Origin: Candidatus Spongiisociaceae bacterium
Lineage (GTDB): Bacteria > Actinomycetota > Acidimicrobiia > Spongiisociales > Spongiisociaceae
Assembly: GCA_965262915.1 (NCBI GenBank)
Contig: OZ253564.1
Span: forward strand, 3,872,001 to 3,936,000
Reading direction: 5' to 3'
Length of the DNA stretch: 64,000 nucleotides
The translations under genes were made by a program, and so were the position numbers. Positions 50,301-60,660 of this stretch are shown one piece after another (position 1 is the stretch's first letter; the number at the start of each line of letters is the position of its first letter). Under the pieces are notes generated by a model that saw only the letters and a list, made by a program, of their open reading frames with translations, was not told the origin of the DNA and ran no database searches.

Positions 50301-51392
50301 GTGGGGTCTAGAGTCGGAAAGGGTGTCATATCCGCAGTCAGGGGTGGGCCCGTCTCCGTCGAGGAACTTACGGTCGGGGATCCGGGTCCCGGGGAAGTGC
50401 TCGTTCGGGTCGCCGCTAGTGGAGTCTGCCACAGCGACATGCACTACGTGGATGGTCACCTCGGAGAAGACTTTCCCTTCCTACTGGGTCACGAAGGTTC
50501 CGGGTACATCGAGGCAGTCGGCGACGGGGTCGATGTGGCAAGAGTCGGCCAGTTCGTCGTGCTCACATACCGCGCGCCTTGCCATGAGTGCCCTTGCTGC
50601 CTGGCAGGTCGGAGCGACCACTGTCGTCAACCTCTCGAAGCCGCGACGCGACCCGAGACGCGCGACGGTCGGCAACTCACACCCGCCCTCAGCCTCGGTA
50701 CGTTCTCCGAATACCTCATCGTTGCAGCACCGCAAGCAATCCCGGTCTCGACCGACTGCCCGCCGGAGCAGGCCTCACTCCTGGGATGCGCCGTTTCGAC
50801 GGGTGTGGGCTCGGTCCTGCGGACCGCCGGAGTCGAGCCCGGCCGGACCGTCGCAGTATTCGGAGCCGGGGGAGTCGGAGTCAACGTGATCCAGGGAGCA
50901 CGTTTGGCGCGAGCCGGCCGCATCATCGCCGTGGATCTGGTATCCAAGAAGCTCGATTGGGCGACATCCTTCGGCGCTACGGACGTGGTCGACGCCTCAC
51001 GAACGGATCCCGTCGAGGAAGTCCGGGAACTCACCGGAGGGTACGGCGTGGACTATTCGTTCGATGCAGTAGGCCTATCAACCACACTCCGGCAGTGCGT
51101 GGAGGTCCTTGACTACAGGGGTACCGCCGTGCTGATCGGATTCCCTTCCGCAGATCAGGTCTTGACACTTCCGATGCAGAGGTTCTTCTTCCCTGGGACC
51201 ACACTGAGGGTCTCGCTGAACGGCGACTCGCTGGCTTCCCGGGATTTCCCTCAACTCATCCGTTGGTACCTCGATGGTCAGCTCGATCTGGACAGCCTGG
51301 TCACAGAGAGAATCGGTCTGGCTGATGTGGGAGCCGCTTTCGAGGGGATACATCGGGGCGACACCATCCGGAGCGTGATCAGCCTCCCTTGA
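50301..51392 (+). CDS. Zn-dependent dehydrogenase, S-(hydroxymethyl)mycothiol dehydrogenase (MscR)-like
   Basis: GVCHSD, FPFLLGHEG, CxxCxxC...C, LTPALSLG, GAGGVG, GDSLASRDFP; short loop typical of the MscR group (by eye). Confidence 0.78.
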   Translation: MGSRVGKGVISAVRGGPVSVEELTVGDPGPGEVLVRVAASGVCHSDMHYVDGHLGEDFPFLLGHEGSGYIEAVGDGVDVARVGQFVVLTYRAPCHECPCCLAGRSDHCRQPLEAATRPETRDGRQLTPALSLGTFSEYLIVAAPQAIPVSTDCPPEQASLLGCAVSTGVGSVLRTAGVEPGRTVAVFGAGGVGVNVIQGARLARAGRIIAVDLVSKKLDWATSFGATDVVDASRTDPVEEVRELTGGYGVDYSFDAVGLSTTLRQCVEVLDYRGTAVLIGFPSADQVLTLPMQRFFFPGTTLRVSLNGDSLASRDFPQLIRWYLDGQLDLDSLVTERIGLADVGAAFEGIHRGDTIRSVISLP

Positions 51393-51477
51393 CGACCCGG
51401 GCACTCTCTGCGACTCGACCCCAGGAGCCGAACTCGGTCGGGCGAGGTGTGTGGTCCTTGGTCAGATGTCCGGACTC

Positions 51478-52425
51478 TCAGCGACTTTCCCGTCGATATG
51501 GAATCGCAAGCGCAGCCGGTGCGCCCAGTTTCCTGGCGAGTCTCGTACTACTCGTAAACAGGACAAGGAAGACGAGAGTAAAGACGAACGGCATCATGAG
51601 CAAGAAATCGGACGGAATCGGGATGTCCAGAAGCTGAAAGGTAAGGCCGAGATTGGCAAGCCCTCCGAAAGCGTACGACGCGAACAGTGCTCTCCAGGGC
51701 CGCCAGCCGGAGAACGCCACCATCGCGAACGCGATCCAGCCCAGTCCGCCCGAGAACCCTTGCTGCCACGCTCCGATGAGCACCACCGAGAGATAGCCAC
51801 CTGCCAGCCCCGTGAAAGCGCCACCCACCAGAACATGCATGTACCGCGTCAGGGTCACCGGTACGCCGGCCGCGTCCGCTGTGGCGGGATCCTCACCGAC
51901 CGCCCTCGCTGCGAGACCGCGACGTGTTCTGAAGAGGTAGAAACTGGCCGATCCGACGAGCAACCAAGATATGTAAACGAGCGCGTCATGGCCTAGGAGT
52001 ATCGGCCCCAAGATAGGCAGGTCGGAGAGGGCCTCGGGAAATACGGGGCCCAGGTCTCGAGGTGGTGACCTGCGTATCAGTGGCGGGCTGCCGATCTCAC
52101 CCAGATACGCGGAGAGCCCACTTCCCAGGATGAACAGCCCCAGACCGGAGACGATCTGGTTGACGCGGAAACTCACCGCCAGGACCGCATGGATCAGGGA
52201 GAACACCATCCCCATCAACATGGCCACGAATAGACCCAGCCAAGGGTTGTCTGTCCCCGATGCAGCCCAGAACCCGGTGACCGCGCCGATCAGCAGCATC
52301 CCCTCGATACCCAGATTCATCACACCCGAACGCTCGGTGAGGATCTCACCGACCGAAACAAGCACAAGGGTGGTTCCAGAAGCGATCGCGGCGACGATCG
52401 AGAGAATGAAGACCGTATCGTTCAT
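51478..52425 (-). CDS. Nucleoside-type ABC permease
   Basis: ERSGVMNLGIEG, GLGWIAFAMVAFSGWRP, APAALAIPY. Confidence 0.9.
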   Translation of the reverse strand: MNDTVFILSIVAAIASGTTLVLVSVGEILTERSGVMNLGIEGMLLIGAVTGFWAASGTDNPWLGLFVAMLMGMVFSLIHAVLAVSFRVNQIVSGLGLFILGSGLSAYLGEIGSPPLIRRSPPRDLGPVFPEALSDLPILGPILLGHDALVYISWLLVGSASFYLFRTRRGLAARAVGEDPATADAAGVPVTLTRYMHVLVGGAFTGLAGGYLSVVLIGAWQQGFSGGLGWIAFAMVAFSGWRPWRALFASYAFGGLANLGLTFQLLDIPIPSDFLLMMPFVFTLVFLVLFTSSTRLARKLGAPAALAIPYRRESR

Positions 52426-53561
52426 AGAGGCACCCCTTCGAGCGCTACCAGCGGCTCGGTTCGATCAACTACTCGAAGCCGGTAGAGGGCGAAGAACTGG
52501 CCGGCCGCGGCAGCCAGCAGGAGAATACCGTGAAATGCGATGACGACGGAGTTAGGAATCCCGAGGGTCTGCAACGCTTGGCCGGAGTTCGTGATCGCCG
52601 CGACAACAACCCCAACGGGTATCACCGCGGCCAGATTGAAACGCGCCAGCGCCGCGACAACGATGCCCGTGTAGCCCAGGCCAATCGACAACGCGCCCGG
52701 TTCGAGAGCACGGAGCACTCCTGATACCTCTATCCCGCCTGCCAAGCCGGCAAGGCCTCCAGAAAGAACGAGCACCGAGATGATCTTCCGTGTCACGTTC
52801 ATGCCCGCATAACGTGCGGCTTTCCGGGAGTCCCCGATCGCCCTCACCTCGAACCCCCACGGGGTGTACCTGATGGCAGCCCACAGCCCGACGGCAAGCA
52901 TCACCGCGATCAGGACGCCTATGTGCAGTCCGCGACGTCCTCCTCCCCAGAGAAGGGCGAGTTCGGCGACTTGGGGAATCGGTTCCCCGGTGGGGAAGTT
53001 CGCCCGGTCGAGATCCCGCCATAGGCTCCTGCTACCCAGCACGAGGTAGTTCATGACGAAGAGCGCGATGAAGTTCAACATGAGCGTCGATGTGACCTCG
53101 TCCGTGCCGAAGTATGCACGTGGCAGAGCAGCGATCAAGGCGAGCAGGCATCCACCGAGGACGCCGGCAGCGAGCACCACCGGGACAGCAATCCAGGGAG
53201 ACCAACCGTCCACGAAGAGGATCGCGACCCCGGATGCGCCGATCGCACCGAAGTACAACTGCCCCTCTGCGCCGATGTTCCAGATGACCATCTTGAAGGA
53301 GAGCGCGGCGGCGAGCCCGGTCAGTATGAGCGGAGTCGCCAGTATCAGCGTCCGTCTCAAAGCCAACTCGGAGCGGATACCGCCCGTGATCATCAGTTGT
53401 AGCGACGGTATCGGTTCGAAGCCGGTGACCAGAAGCAGTAACGCTCCCGCGAGGATGGCCCCGCATAGGACTCCCAACACCAGGGCCAGCTTGAATCGAG
53501 CCGACTGGCGTGGCCGAGGCTCCACCCGCAACGTACCCACGAACGCGAGGAGGCCACTCAT
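52422..53561 (-). CDS. Nucleoside-type ABC permease
   Basis: WNIGAEGQ, DEVTSTLMLNF, GYTGIVVAALAR. Confidence 0.9.
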   Translation of the reverse strand: MSGLLAFVGTLRVEPRPRQSARFKLALVLGVLCGAILAGALLLLVTGFEPIPSLQLMITGGIRSELALRRTLILATPLILTGLAAALSFKMVIWNIGAEGQLYFGAIGASGVAILFVDGWSPWIAVPVVLAAGVLGGCLLALIAALPRAYFGTDEVTSTLMLNFIALFVMNYLVLGSRSLWRDLDRANFPTGEPIPQVAELALLWGGGRRGLHIGVLIAVMLAVGLWAAIRYTPWGFEVRAIGDSRKAARYAGMNVTRKIISVLVLSGGLAGLAGGIEVSGVLRALEPGALSIGLGYTGIVVAALARFNLAAVIPVGVVVAAITNSGQALQTLGIPNSVVIAFHGILLLAAAAGQFFALYRLRVVDRTEPLVALEGVPL

Positions 53562-53939
53562 GAGCTCAGCGGATACACCGCTTCAATCGACCGGGTGCCG
53601 GACGACGGGTAATGGGCCCGCATCCGTGAGACAACGTATCTCGCGCCAAGCCGGCCGGGTCCCGATCAGGGACACTGGACAACGTGGGGGTGCGATGGTC
53701 CTCGTCGTCTCTCGACTCATCCCGAGCAGATCCGGCGAGACCCGGACGAGTGCCCGTTCATCAACCCGGGCCTGCCCGGCCCGTGGTCTGTCTGTGAAGG
53801 GCCGGTGCGGCGTGCGCCGGCAGCGGCCTCGCGATGCCCACCGACCAAGGCGAACCGCAGGGGTACGTTTAGCGTCGGAGTGGCGAAGGGCGCCGCCGGC
53901 AAGCAGGACATGGCGAGTCAAATTGCAGCCAGACCACTA

Positions 53940-54041
53940 GGCGGGTGGTCTAAAACGGTGGGGAGCAACGGCCCGTCTTCCTCTGAACAGGCACTATGTT
54001 ATCGCTCGACGGGCCGTGAAGGGAGTTTCACACCACCCTCC
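53940..54041. mobile_element. MITE-like element, family B, copy 3 (102 bp), inside the TAG stop of the BMP gene
   Basis: TA-GGCGGGTGGTCTAAAAC...GTTTCACACCACCCTCC-TA; reverse copy of 20379-20479. Confidence 0.85.
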
Positions 54042-55225
54042 TAGGTTGGAATGCTCGCTCCCTCGAGGAATGACACCAGCCAGTCGCAGCATGCCTGGAC
54101 TTCCACGAGGCCCAGAGATGCTCCGGCCGGTACCCGTTCGGTACCCTCGTTGTCGACGAGCGGTCCCCCGAAGACCTCGAAACTGCCGCTGACCAACTCC
54201 GCCTTCTTCGCCTCGATTGCCTCGAGGATGGCCGGAGTAACGGCGGGCCCGTACGTAGCCTCGATCAACATGCCTTCGGCAATACCGCCGTAATAGAGTT
54301 CAGGCTGCCAAACACCTGCGATCATGTCCTCGACGGCCTTCTGGTAGTACGCGTCCCACCGGATATGGAAACCGCCGGCCCAGGACTGCGGGTTGACATC
54401 TGACAAGTCCTGGTCGTAACTGCTGAACAGTATCCCCTCGCGATCGGCAAAGGACGGGATCCCCGGCGAACTCATGTCGCTGACGATCACATCCGCGCCG
54501 GCTTCGAAAAGCGTGCGCGCCGCTTCCCGTTCGAGGTCAGGGTCGTACCACGAGTTCACCCACAAGATCTCCATCCTGGCGTCCGGATTCACGGACTCCA
54601 CTCCCAAAGCAACTGCGTTGAGGGTCCGGACCTCGATCGGAACAGGGAAGCCGGAGATGAAGCCGACCACTCCGGTTTCGGTCAGCAGTCCCGCCATCAT
54701 CCCGTGGAGGTATCGGACTTGCTCGATTGAGGTGAAGTATTGAGCGAGGTTGTCGGCAAGCATCGTTCCGCCCACAGTTGCAAACTTCGAGTCGGTATAG
54801 TCCTCGTTGATCGTGAGAATGTCCTCGGTATGACTCGAACCGGTGGCCAGGATCAGCTGGTGGCCTTGCGACGCCAGTTCCTCTAGGGCAAGCTGAGCCC
54901 GCTGGCCCGGGTTGGCACCCTCGATCCTCGTGATCTCGATTCCCGGATACTTCTCTTTCACACGGTCGATAGCTGCGTTGTGCGATTCGTTCCAACCACC
55001 GTCCAGTAGTGGCCCATCGAAGATCACGCCGACTTTCAGACCGGAGCCGTCGGCACCTAATTCACTGCCCGACGCGGCTGTCGTAGCTACCGTGGTCGTA
55101 GCGGCTTGAGTAGTCGCCGGAGCCTGTGTGGCCACCGTTGTCTCGGCGATGTCGTCATCGTCGCCACACGCTCCGGCCAGGAGGGCGAGAGCCAGTGTCA
55201 GAGCTAGTAGTCGCCTCCAGGTCAT
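54041..55225 (-). CDS. BMP family ABC substrate-binding lipoprotein
   Basis: Lipobox AGAC, DGGWNESH, WVNSWYDP, GADVI; GAGGAG before ATG 55225. Confidence 0.9.
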   Translation of the reverse strand: MTWRRLLALTLALALLAGACGDDDDIAETTVATQAPATTQAATTTVATTAASGSELGADGSGLKVGVIFDGPLLDGGWNESHNAAIDRVKEKYPGIEITRIEGANPGQRAQLALEELASQGHQLILATGSSHTEDILTINEDYTDSKFATVGGTMLADNLAQYFTSIEQVRYLHGMMAGLLTETGVVGFISGFPVPIEVRTLNAVALGVESVNPDARMEILWVNSWYDPDLEREAARTLFEAGADVIVSDMSSPGIPSFADREGILFSSYDQDLSDVNPQSWAGGFHIRWDAYYQKAVEDMIAGVWQPELYYGGIAEGMLIEATYGPAVTPAILEAIEAKKAELVSGSFEVFGGPLVDNEGTERVPAGASLGLVEVQACCDWLVSFLEGASIPT

Positions 55226-55261
55226 AGTGCTTCTCCTCAACTCGCACGGTACGTTGGAGCT

Positions 55262-55290
55262 TTGATAACCGGTTGTCATATCCGTGTCAA
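55262..55290 (-). promoter_or_regulatory. Putative promoter of the BMP gene with overlapping LacI-like operator
   Basis: Minus strand TTGACA-17 bp-TATCAA; near-palindrome TGATAACCGGTTGTCA at 55263-55278. Confidence 0.55.
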
Positions 55291-55514
55291 GCTATAGCCC
55301 GAATCTCCAAGGTTGGCTGGTGTGGTGAGGGTCCACTACAAGGGTCACAGGATCTCGCTTCGGCGACTGCCAGAAGTGGCGCGGTCCGCAGACTGCTTGG
55401 GCGCCGCCACGGAGATGGCGGTGCTGGGTGGGTCATGTCATAATGGTTATGAATTCTGTCTTCTGAGACCGGTCGTGTGTCCGAGAAACGATTCGACGTG
55501 TCACGCCAAGCCCG

Positions 55515-57110
55515 ATGGGCTTGACTAAGCGGGCGCGGCGTTCCCACGGTCCCGGCGAACCGGGGCCGAGTCGGGAGGAGTCGGCGACTCTCGATGCCGG
55601 GAGTGGATTCGCCGCCGAACTCCGTTCGATCCGCAAGTCCTTCTTCGGTGTGCCCGCCAATCACAACATCGATTTCACTGTCAGGTGGGGTGAGGTTCAT
55701 GCGCTACTCGGCGAGAACGGTGCCGGCAAGTCGACTCTGTGTTCGGTCCTCGCCGGGCTCTACCGACCTGACGCCGGCGAGATCATCATCGATGGAGCAC
55801 CGGTAGAGTTCCGATCGCCCCATGACGCATTGGCCGCCGGTGTCGGGATGGTCTACCAGCACTTCCGCCTGGTCGACACATTCACGGTGGCCGAGAACCT
55901 CGCGCTCGGCCACGAAGCAGAAGGCCGCCTGTCCCGCAAGAAGATCGAGGCCGACGTCAGCGCGCTCAGCAAGGCTTACGAGCTGCCGGTGTCTCCAAGG
56001 GCCCGGATCTGGCAGCTCTCTGTGGGTGAGCAGCAGCGCGTCGAGATCCTGAAGCTATTGCACCGCGGCGTCCGTATCCTCATTCTGGACGAGCCGACCG
56101 CAGTCCTGACGCTGCAGGAGTCAGAGGCGCTGTTCCGAACGGTTCGGCTCATGGCCGATGAGGGCAAAGCCGTCATCTTCGTATCTCACAAGCTCGACGA
56201 GGTCCTCGCCGTGTCGGACCGCATAACGGTCCTGCGGGACACCGAGAAGGTCGTAGAGATGCCGGCGGCATCTGCCGATGCCGCCGGCTTGGCGCGCATG
56301 ATGGTCGGACGCGATGTGAAACTGCCTCAACGGGGGAGTTCCGAGGCGCCAGGCGCACCGGTACTGACCGTACGGGGAATGACGGTGGTAGGCGATCGCG
56401 GTGTCAAAGCCGTCCGCGGTGTCGATCTGAACCTACGCAGGGGCGAGATCGTGGGGATCGCCGGTGTTGCCGGAAACGGTCAGCGCGAACTCGCCGAAGC
56501 CCTCGTGGGTCTCCGACGTACCGAAAATGGAACGGTGACTCTCGATGACACCGACATAACCAAGGCATCTCCTCTGGACCGTATCCGGCTGGGTCTGGGT
56601 TTCGTACCCGAGGATCGCCTCGGCATGGGTCTCGCAGGCGGCCTGTCGCTCGAGGACAATCTGATCCTGAAGTCGTACCGGTGGCCCCCCTATCGACGCG
56701 GCCTCCGACTGTCATCCCGGGTGATTCGGAAGAGTGCGCGGCATCTGACCGAACGATTCGACATCCGAGGGGCCCTCACGGATTTGCCGGTTCGCTTTCT
56801 CTCGGGAGGGAATCTTCAACGGGCGATACTTGCCCGGGAGATATCCCAACAACCCAAGGTGCTGATCGCCGGCTCACCCACGAGGGGCCTGGACATCGCC
56901 GCCATCGCAGCCGTCCGCGAGATGCTGCTCGAACAGCGCGAGAACGGCAAGGCCATTCTTCTGTTGTCCGAAGACCTCGACGAGCTGCATTCCCTGGCGG
57001 ATGCCATCCTCGTCATGTACGAGGGCCGAATCGTCGGGCAGATTGCGCCTGACCGATTCGACCCCGAAGAGGTCGGACTGATGATGTCGGGGCTCAGCGA
57101 CACCCGATAG
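55515..57110 (+). CDS. Nucleoside/simple-sugar ABC ATP-binding protein (two NBDs), divergent from its BMP/permease genes
   Basis: GENGAGKST, LSVGEQQRVEI, LSGGNLQR, PTRGLD. Confidence 0.92.
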   Translation: MGLTKRARRSHGPGEPGPSREESATLDAGSGFAAELRSIRKSFFGVPANHNIDFTVRWGEVHALLGENGAGKSTLCSVLAGLYRPDAGEIIIDGAPVEFRSPHDALAAGVGMVYQHFRLVDTFTVAENLALGHEAEGRLSRKKIEADVSALSKAYELPVSPRARIWQLSVGEQQRVEILKLLHRGVRILILDEPTAVLTLQESEALFRTVRLMADEGKAVIFVSHKLDEVLAVSDRITVLRDTEKVVEMPAASADAAGLARMMVGRDVKLPQRGSSEAPGAPVLTVRGMTVVGDRGVKAVRGVDLNLRRGEIVGIAGVAGNGQRELAEALVGLRRTENGTVTLDDTDITKASPLDRIRLGLGFVPEDRLGMGLAGGLSLEDNLILKSYRWPPYRRGLRLSSRVIRKSARHLTERFDIRGALTDLPVRFLSGGNLQRAILAREISQQPKVLIAGSPTRGLDIAAIAAVREMLLEQRENGKAILLLSEDLDELHSLADAILVMYEGRIVGQIAPDRFDPEEVGLMMSGLSDTR

Positions 57111-57407
57111 GGGACCACCATCCGGGCCGTTTCGGGACTCCGGGTAGATGAACATCGAACATCGCCCCCGGATACCTCCTCGCGCGACTCCATCCCGGAC
57201 GGACCGCCGCTCGAAGTTGCCGAAACCGGAGGTAGACCCTGTGCGCGACGAGGCTGGATTGCGGATCGGATGCGCCACTCTCTAACTGAAATGCCTGGTC
57301 CGCGACGTGTTTCCGTAGGTTAGGGTCGAAGGGGCTCGGCGGGCACCGGAACCCGGGCATCAACCTTGCTCCGAACCAACATGAGCGGGCCCTACCTAGG
57401 AGGACAG

Positions 57408-58163
57408 ATGGGTACTTTCGATGACAAGGTCGTGATCGTCACCGGCGCGGCGATGGGGATCGGCCAAGCATACGCACTGGCCTTTGCGCGGGAAGGCGCC
57501 CACGTCGTCGTCGCAGACATTGCCGACAGCAGCGAAACGGTCGGCCTGATCGGGGCAGAAGGGGGTGATGTCCTACCCATCCATGTTGACGTGACGGAAC
57601 TCGAGTCGACTGCTGCGATGGCTGGCGCCGTTGGTCGCGCCTACGGGAGAATCGATGTCCTCGTCAACAACGCCGCCTACTACCGGACCCAGAAAATGCT
57701 CCCGTTCGATCAGATGTCTGTCGAGGAATGGGACAAGGCCTTTGCCGTCAATACCCGCGGGTCTTGGTTGTGTGCTCGAGCGGTGTTCCCGTACATGAAA
57801 GAGCAGCGGTCGGGAAAGGTCATCAACATCTCGTCGATGACCGCATTCAAGAAGTATGTCCTCCCTGAGGGTCAAGGATTCCTTCACTATGTTGCGTCCA
57901 AAGCCGCAGTAATCGGCCTGACCCGCGGTCTTGCCATCGAGATGGGCCCGCACAACATCTGTGTCAACACTGTTGTACCGGAATACATTCCAACAGGTAT
58001 CTGGGGGGATGAGGTCGACCATTACGTGATCGAAGAACGCATATTCAAGCGTACCCAAACCCCTGAGGACATGGTTGGGATCGTACTCTTCTTGGCCGGA
58101 TCCGGATCGGACATGATCACCGGCCAGACGATCATGGTGAACGGAGGAACCCTCCTCCATTGA
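57408..58163 (+). CDS. SDR family oxidoreductase
   Basis: TGAAMGIG, NNAA, YVASK; AGGAGG before ATG 57408. Confidence 0.93.
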   Translation: MGTFDDKVVIVTGAAMGIGQAYALAFAREGAHVVVADIADSSETVGLIGAEGGDVLPIHVDVTELESTAAMAGAVGRAYGRIDVLVNNAAYYRTQKMLPFDQMSVEEWDKAFAVNTRGSWLCARAVFPYMKEQRSGKVINISSMTAFKKYVLPEGQGFLHYVASKAAVIGLTRGLAIEMGPHNICVNTVVPEYIPTGIWGDEVDHYVIEERIFKRTQTPEDMVGIVLFLAGSGSDMITGQTIMVNGGTLLH

Positions 58164-58277
58164 GCGAGACCGACGGTTCTGTCAACATGGACCAGACTGA
58201 GCGGCTCGCCTGACGGGGGACGTCCTTTCGTAGCGCTTTTGCGAGCGTGCGATTCCGGCGGCGCTCGAGATCGGCGG

Positions 58278-59270
58278 CTACGGCAGGTATGAACCGGTGT
58301 GGTCGAGGGATCTCAAGAGACGACGGTAGGAAATAGCCCCCGCATCGGGAACCTTGAGGTGAAGCTCGTCCCTCAGATCGAGCGGGATCTCTTCAGGACG
58401 CTGTGACTCGACGATGGCTTTGTCCTGCAGGAGAACGAACCTCTGGAACTCGGCAAGCTCGTCGTCGCTCTCGTCGAAGGAGTGGTCCCGTGACCGCCAA
58501 CAGAAGACCCGCGTCCTGTTCGAGGAGATCGGCGAAGCCACCATCGAGATGTAGTCATGCTCGCCCGGTCTCTGGTCCCATCCTCCCTCGATGTGAGCGG
58601 TGAAGGGAAGATGCAACAGATAGGAGTAGTAGGAGTGGTTCCCGGCTCCTTGATCGGTTGCTCCTCGGAGATCGGTCGGCAGAGGTGGCCAGATGGTGTA
58701 CTTGATGTTCGAGCCGTCCACTTCAACCTCGTGGCGCGGGGTCACGGTGTTGTCGCGCGTACCGAGGAGCCCGTCGTGTACCCAGGCGAAGTGGGACACG
58801 TCTAGGAAGTTCTCTATCGCTCTGCCGGCCGATGTCGACCACGCTGCGTCATATACGAGGAGGGTACGGTACCGGTCTTTGTCCCAAAACCCGTCGGGGA
58901 AGGGAGGGACCGGTGACACCGGATCATCCAGGCAAACCCACACGAGGTCGTAGGCCTCCACCGCCCGAAAGGCGGGCGTGCGGGCTTTAGGGGGGATGGG
59001 GGAGCCTTCGGGCAGGGAGGGAATCCTTACGCAGCGACCGGTTGGGTCGTACTGCCATCCGTGGTAGGCGCAGGTGAGTTTGCCATCGTCGATCCAACCG
59101 AGAGACAGCGCCGTTCCCCGGTGTATGCACAGATCCTTGAGCGCGGAGATTCCGGACTCGGTCCGAAACAGCACCACCTTTTCGTCGAGCAACTGCACGG
59201 ATGCCGGCTGTCTCGATACATCGTCGGCCTTCGCTACCGGATGCCAGTAGTTACGCAGGCTCGCGCCCAA
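58278..59270 (-). CDS. Rieske non-heme iron oxygenase alpha subunit (VanA/NdmA-like) 2
   Basis: DLCIHRG...CAYHGW, ENFLDVSHFAWVH, QRPEEIPLDL. Confidence 0.9.
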   Translation of the reverse strand: MGASLRNYWHPVAKADDVSRQPASVQLLDEKVVLFRTESGISALKDLCIHRGTALSLGWIDDGKLTCAYHGWQYDPTGRCVRIPSLPEGSPIPPKARTPAFRAVEAYDLVWVCLDDPVSPVPPFPDGFWDKDRYRTLLVYDAAWSTSAGRAIENFLDVSHFAWVHDGLLGTRDNTVTPRHEVEVDGSNIKYTIWPPLPTDLRGATDQGAGNHSYYSYLLHLPFTAHIEGGWDQRPGEHDYISMVASPISSNRTRVFCWRSRDHSFDESDDELAEFQRFVLLQDKAIVESQRPEEIPLDLRDELHLKVPDAGAISYRRLLRSLDHTGSYLP

Positions 59271-59385
59271 TCAACACCCCCTCCAACTCGATCGGTAGCC
59301 AGGCCATCTATCACGACGGTACCACCGCCCGGTCTCCGGCGGTAGGCCCGCTCATTCCATGAGACAGTGCCACATGCCCGGTCCG

Positions 59386-60444
59386 TCATGGTGCCAGCGC
59401 GCTGGCACCGAGGCCTCTCTCCGCCAGTAGTTTGCGCAGGGCTATCGCAGGGGCGTCGACACCCTTGATATGTAATTCGGCGGTGATGTCGAGCGGTAAC
59501 TCTTCGGGACGCTGTGCCTCCACGATGGGCTGATCCTGCATGGCGACCGTGTACTGGGTGGAACTGTACTTCTCGTCCGACGCCGGATCGAGGTCGTAGT
59601 TTCGGGTTATCCACGTGAACCGGCGAGTCCTGGTCGGGGCCATGGGTTGCAGAACGATGTCAAACCGGTAGTGCGCGTCAGCCTCTGCTTCCCTATCGTG
59701 ATCGTCTTCGGCACCATGAACCACCTTCTCGGTCGGTCGAAAGCCCGCTTCCGTGATCACGAACCAGAAGGGCAGCGTGAATCGATAGAAGATGCCTTCG
59801 CGGACCCAACCATCCTCTGCGGTCTCGTCCCGGATGTCCGTCTCGACCACATAGCTGAACCCCTCCGGCTCCGTCGTGAGCGGACCGGTGTACACCATCG
59901 GCCGTTCCGGATCACCGAGCAGACCCGTGTGAACCCATGCGAAGTGACCGGCGTCGAGAAAGTTCTCCATCATCCGGCCTGCACTCGCCTCCCACTCGAA
60001 GGGAGGCAGGAAGATGGTTCTGCACGTGGGATCTTCCCATTCCGGCATAGAGCCCGGTCCATTGACCGGATTACCGAGGGTCGCCCAGATGACACCAAAC
60101 CGCTCGATGGTGGGATAGGTCGGAACCCTGGCCTTGGGCGGGATGGGGGCCGCCGGATCCCGCTGTGGAATACGGACACATGCTCCCGACCGGTCGTACT
60201 GCCAGCCGTGGTAACCGCAGGTAAGTTTCGATCCGTCGACCCAACCCATCGACAGCGGGCTCCCCCGGTGAATACAGAGATCCTTGTAGACCACCGGGTC
60301 TGCATCGAGCCTGACAACCGCCAGCCTTTCTCCGAACAAGCTGGTTCCGACCGGCTTGTCGGTGACTTCCGACGACATCGCCACCGGGTACCAGTAATCC
60401 CGCGGAGCCGGGTGAGCACCGGGACGTCGCTTCGTGTCAGTCAT
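59386..60444 (-). CDS. Rieske non-heme iron oxygenase alpha subunit (VanA/NdmA-like) 3
   Basis: DLCIHRG...CGYHGW, ENFLDAGHFAWVH, QRPEELPLDI; AGGAGG before ATG 60444. Confidence 0.9.
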   Translation of the reverse strand: MTDTKRRPGAHPAPRDYWYPVAMSSEVTDKPVGTSLFGERLAVVRLDADPVVYKDLCIHRGSPLSMGWVDGSKLTCGYHGWQYDRSGACVRIPQRDPAAPIPPKARVPTYPTIERFGVIWATLGNPVNGPGSMPEWEDPTCRTIFLPPFEWEASAGRMMENFLDAGHFAWVHTGLLGDPERPMVYTGPLTTEPEGFSYVVETDIRDETAEDGWVREGIFYRFTLPFWFVITEAGFRPTEKVVHGAEDDHDREAEADAHYRFDIVLQPMAPTRTRRFTWITRNYDLDPASDEKYSSTQYTVAMQDQPIVEAQRPEELPLDITAELHIKGVDAPAIALRKLLAERGLGASALAP

Positions 60445-60660
60445 AGTCGCAATGCCTCCTATCCTTAGTGGTCTGTCTGCCAAATGATTCGCCGTGTCCT
60501 GCTTGCCATCGACGCCCCTCGCTGTGTTCCGCCTCCTCGACGTACGCTACCGGTACGCCTTCGTCGGCGGGCCTTGCGAAGAACACCGCTGCCGGCGCAT
60601 GCCACACCACCCTTTGACGGGCAGACCACTAGTCGTCTCCGGACCGGCGGCACCACTCCG

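Noticed and set aside
57396-57403. CTAGGAGG resembling a family B end
   Set aside because: It is the RBS of the SDR gene, with no GGTGGT continuation and no partner end.
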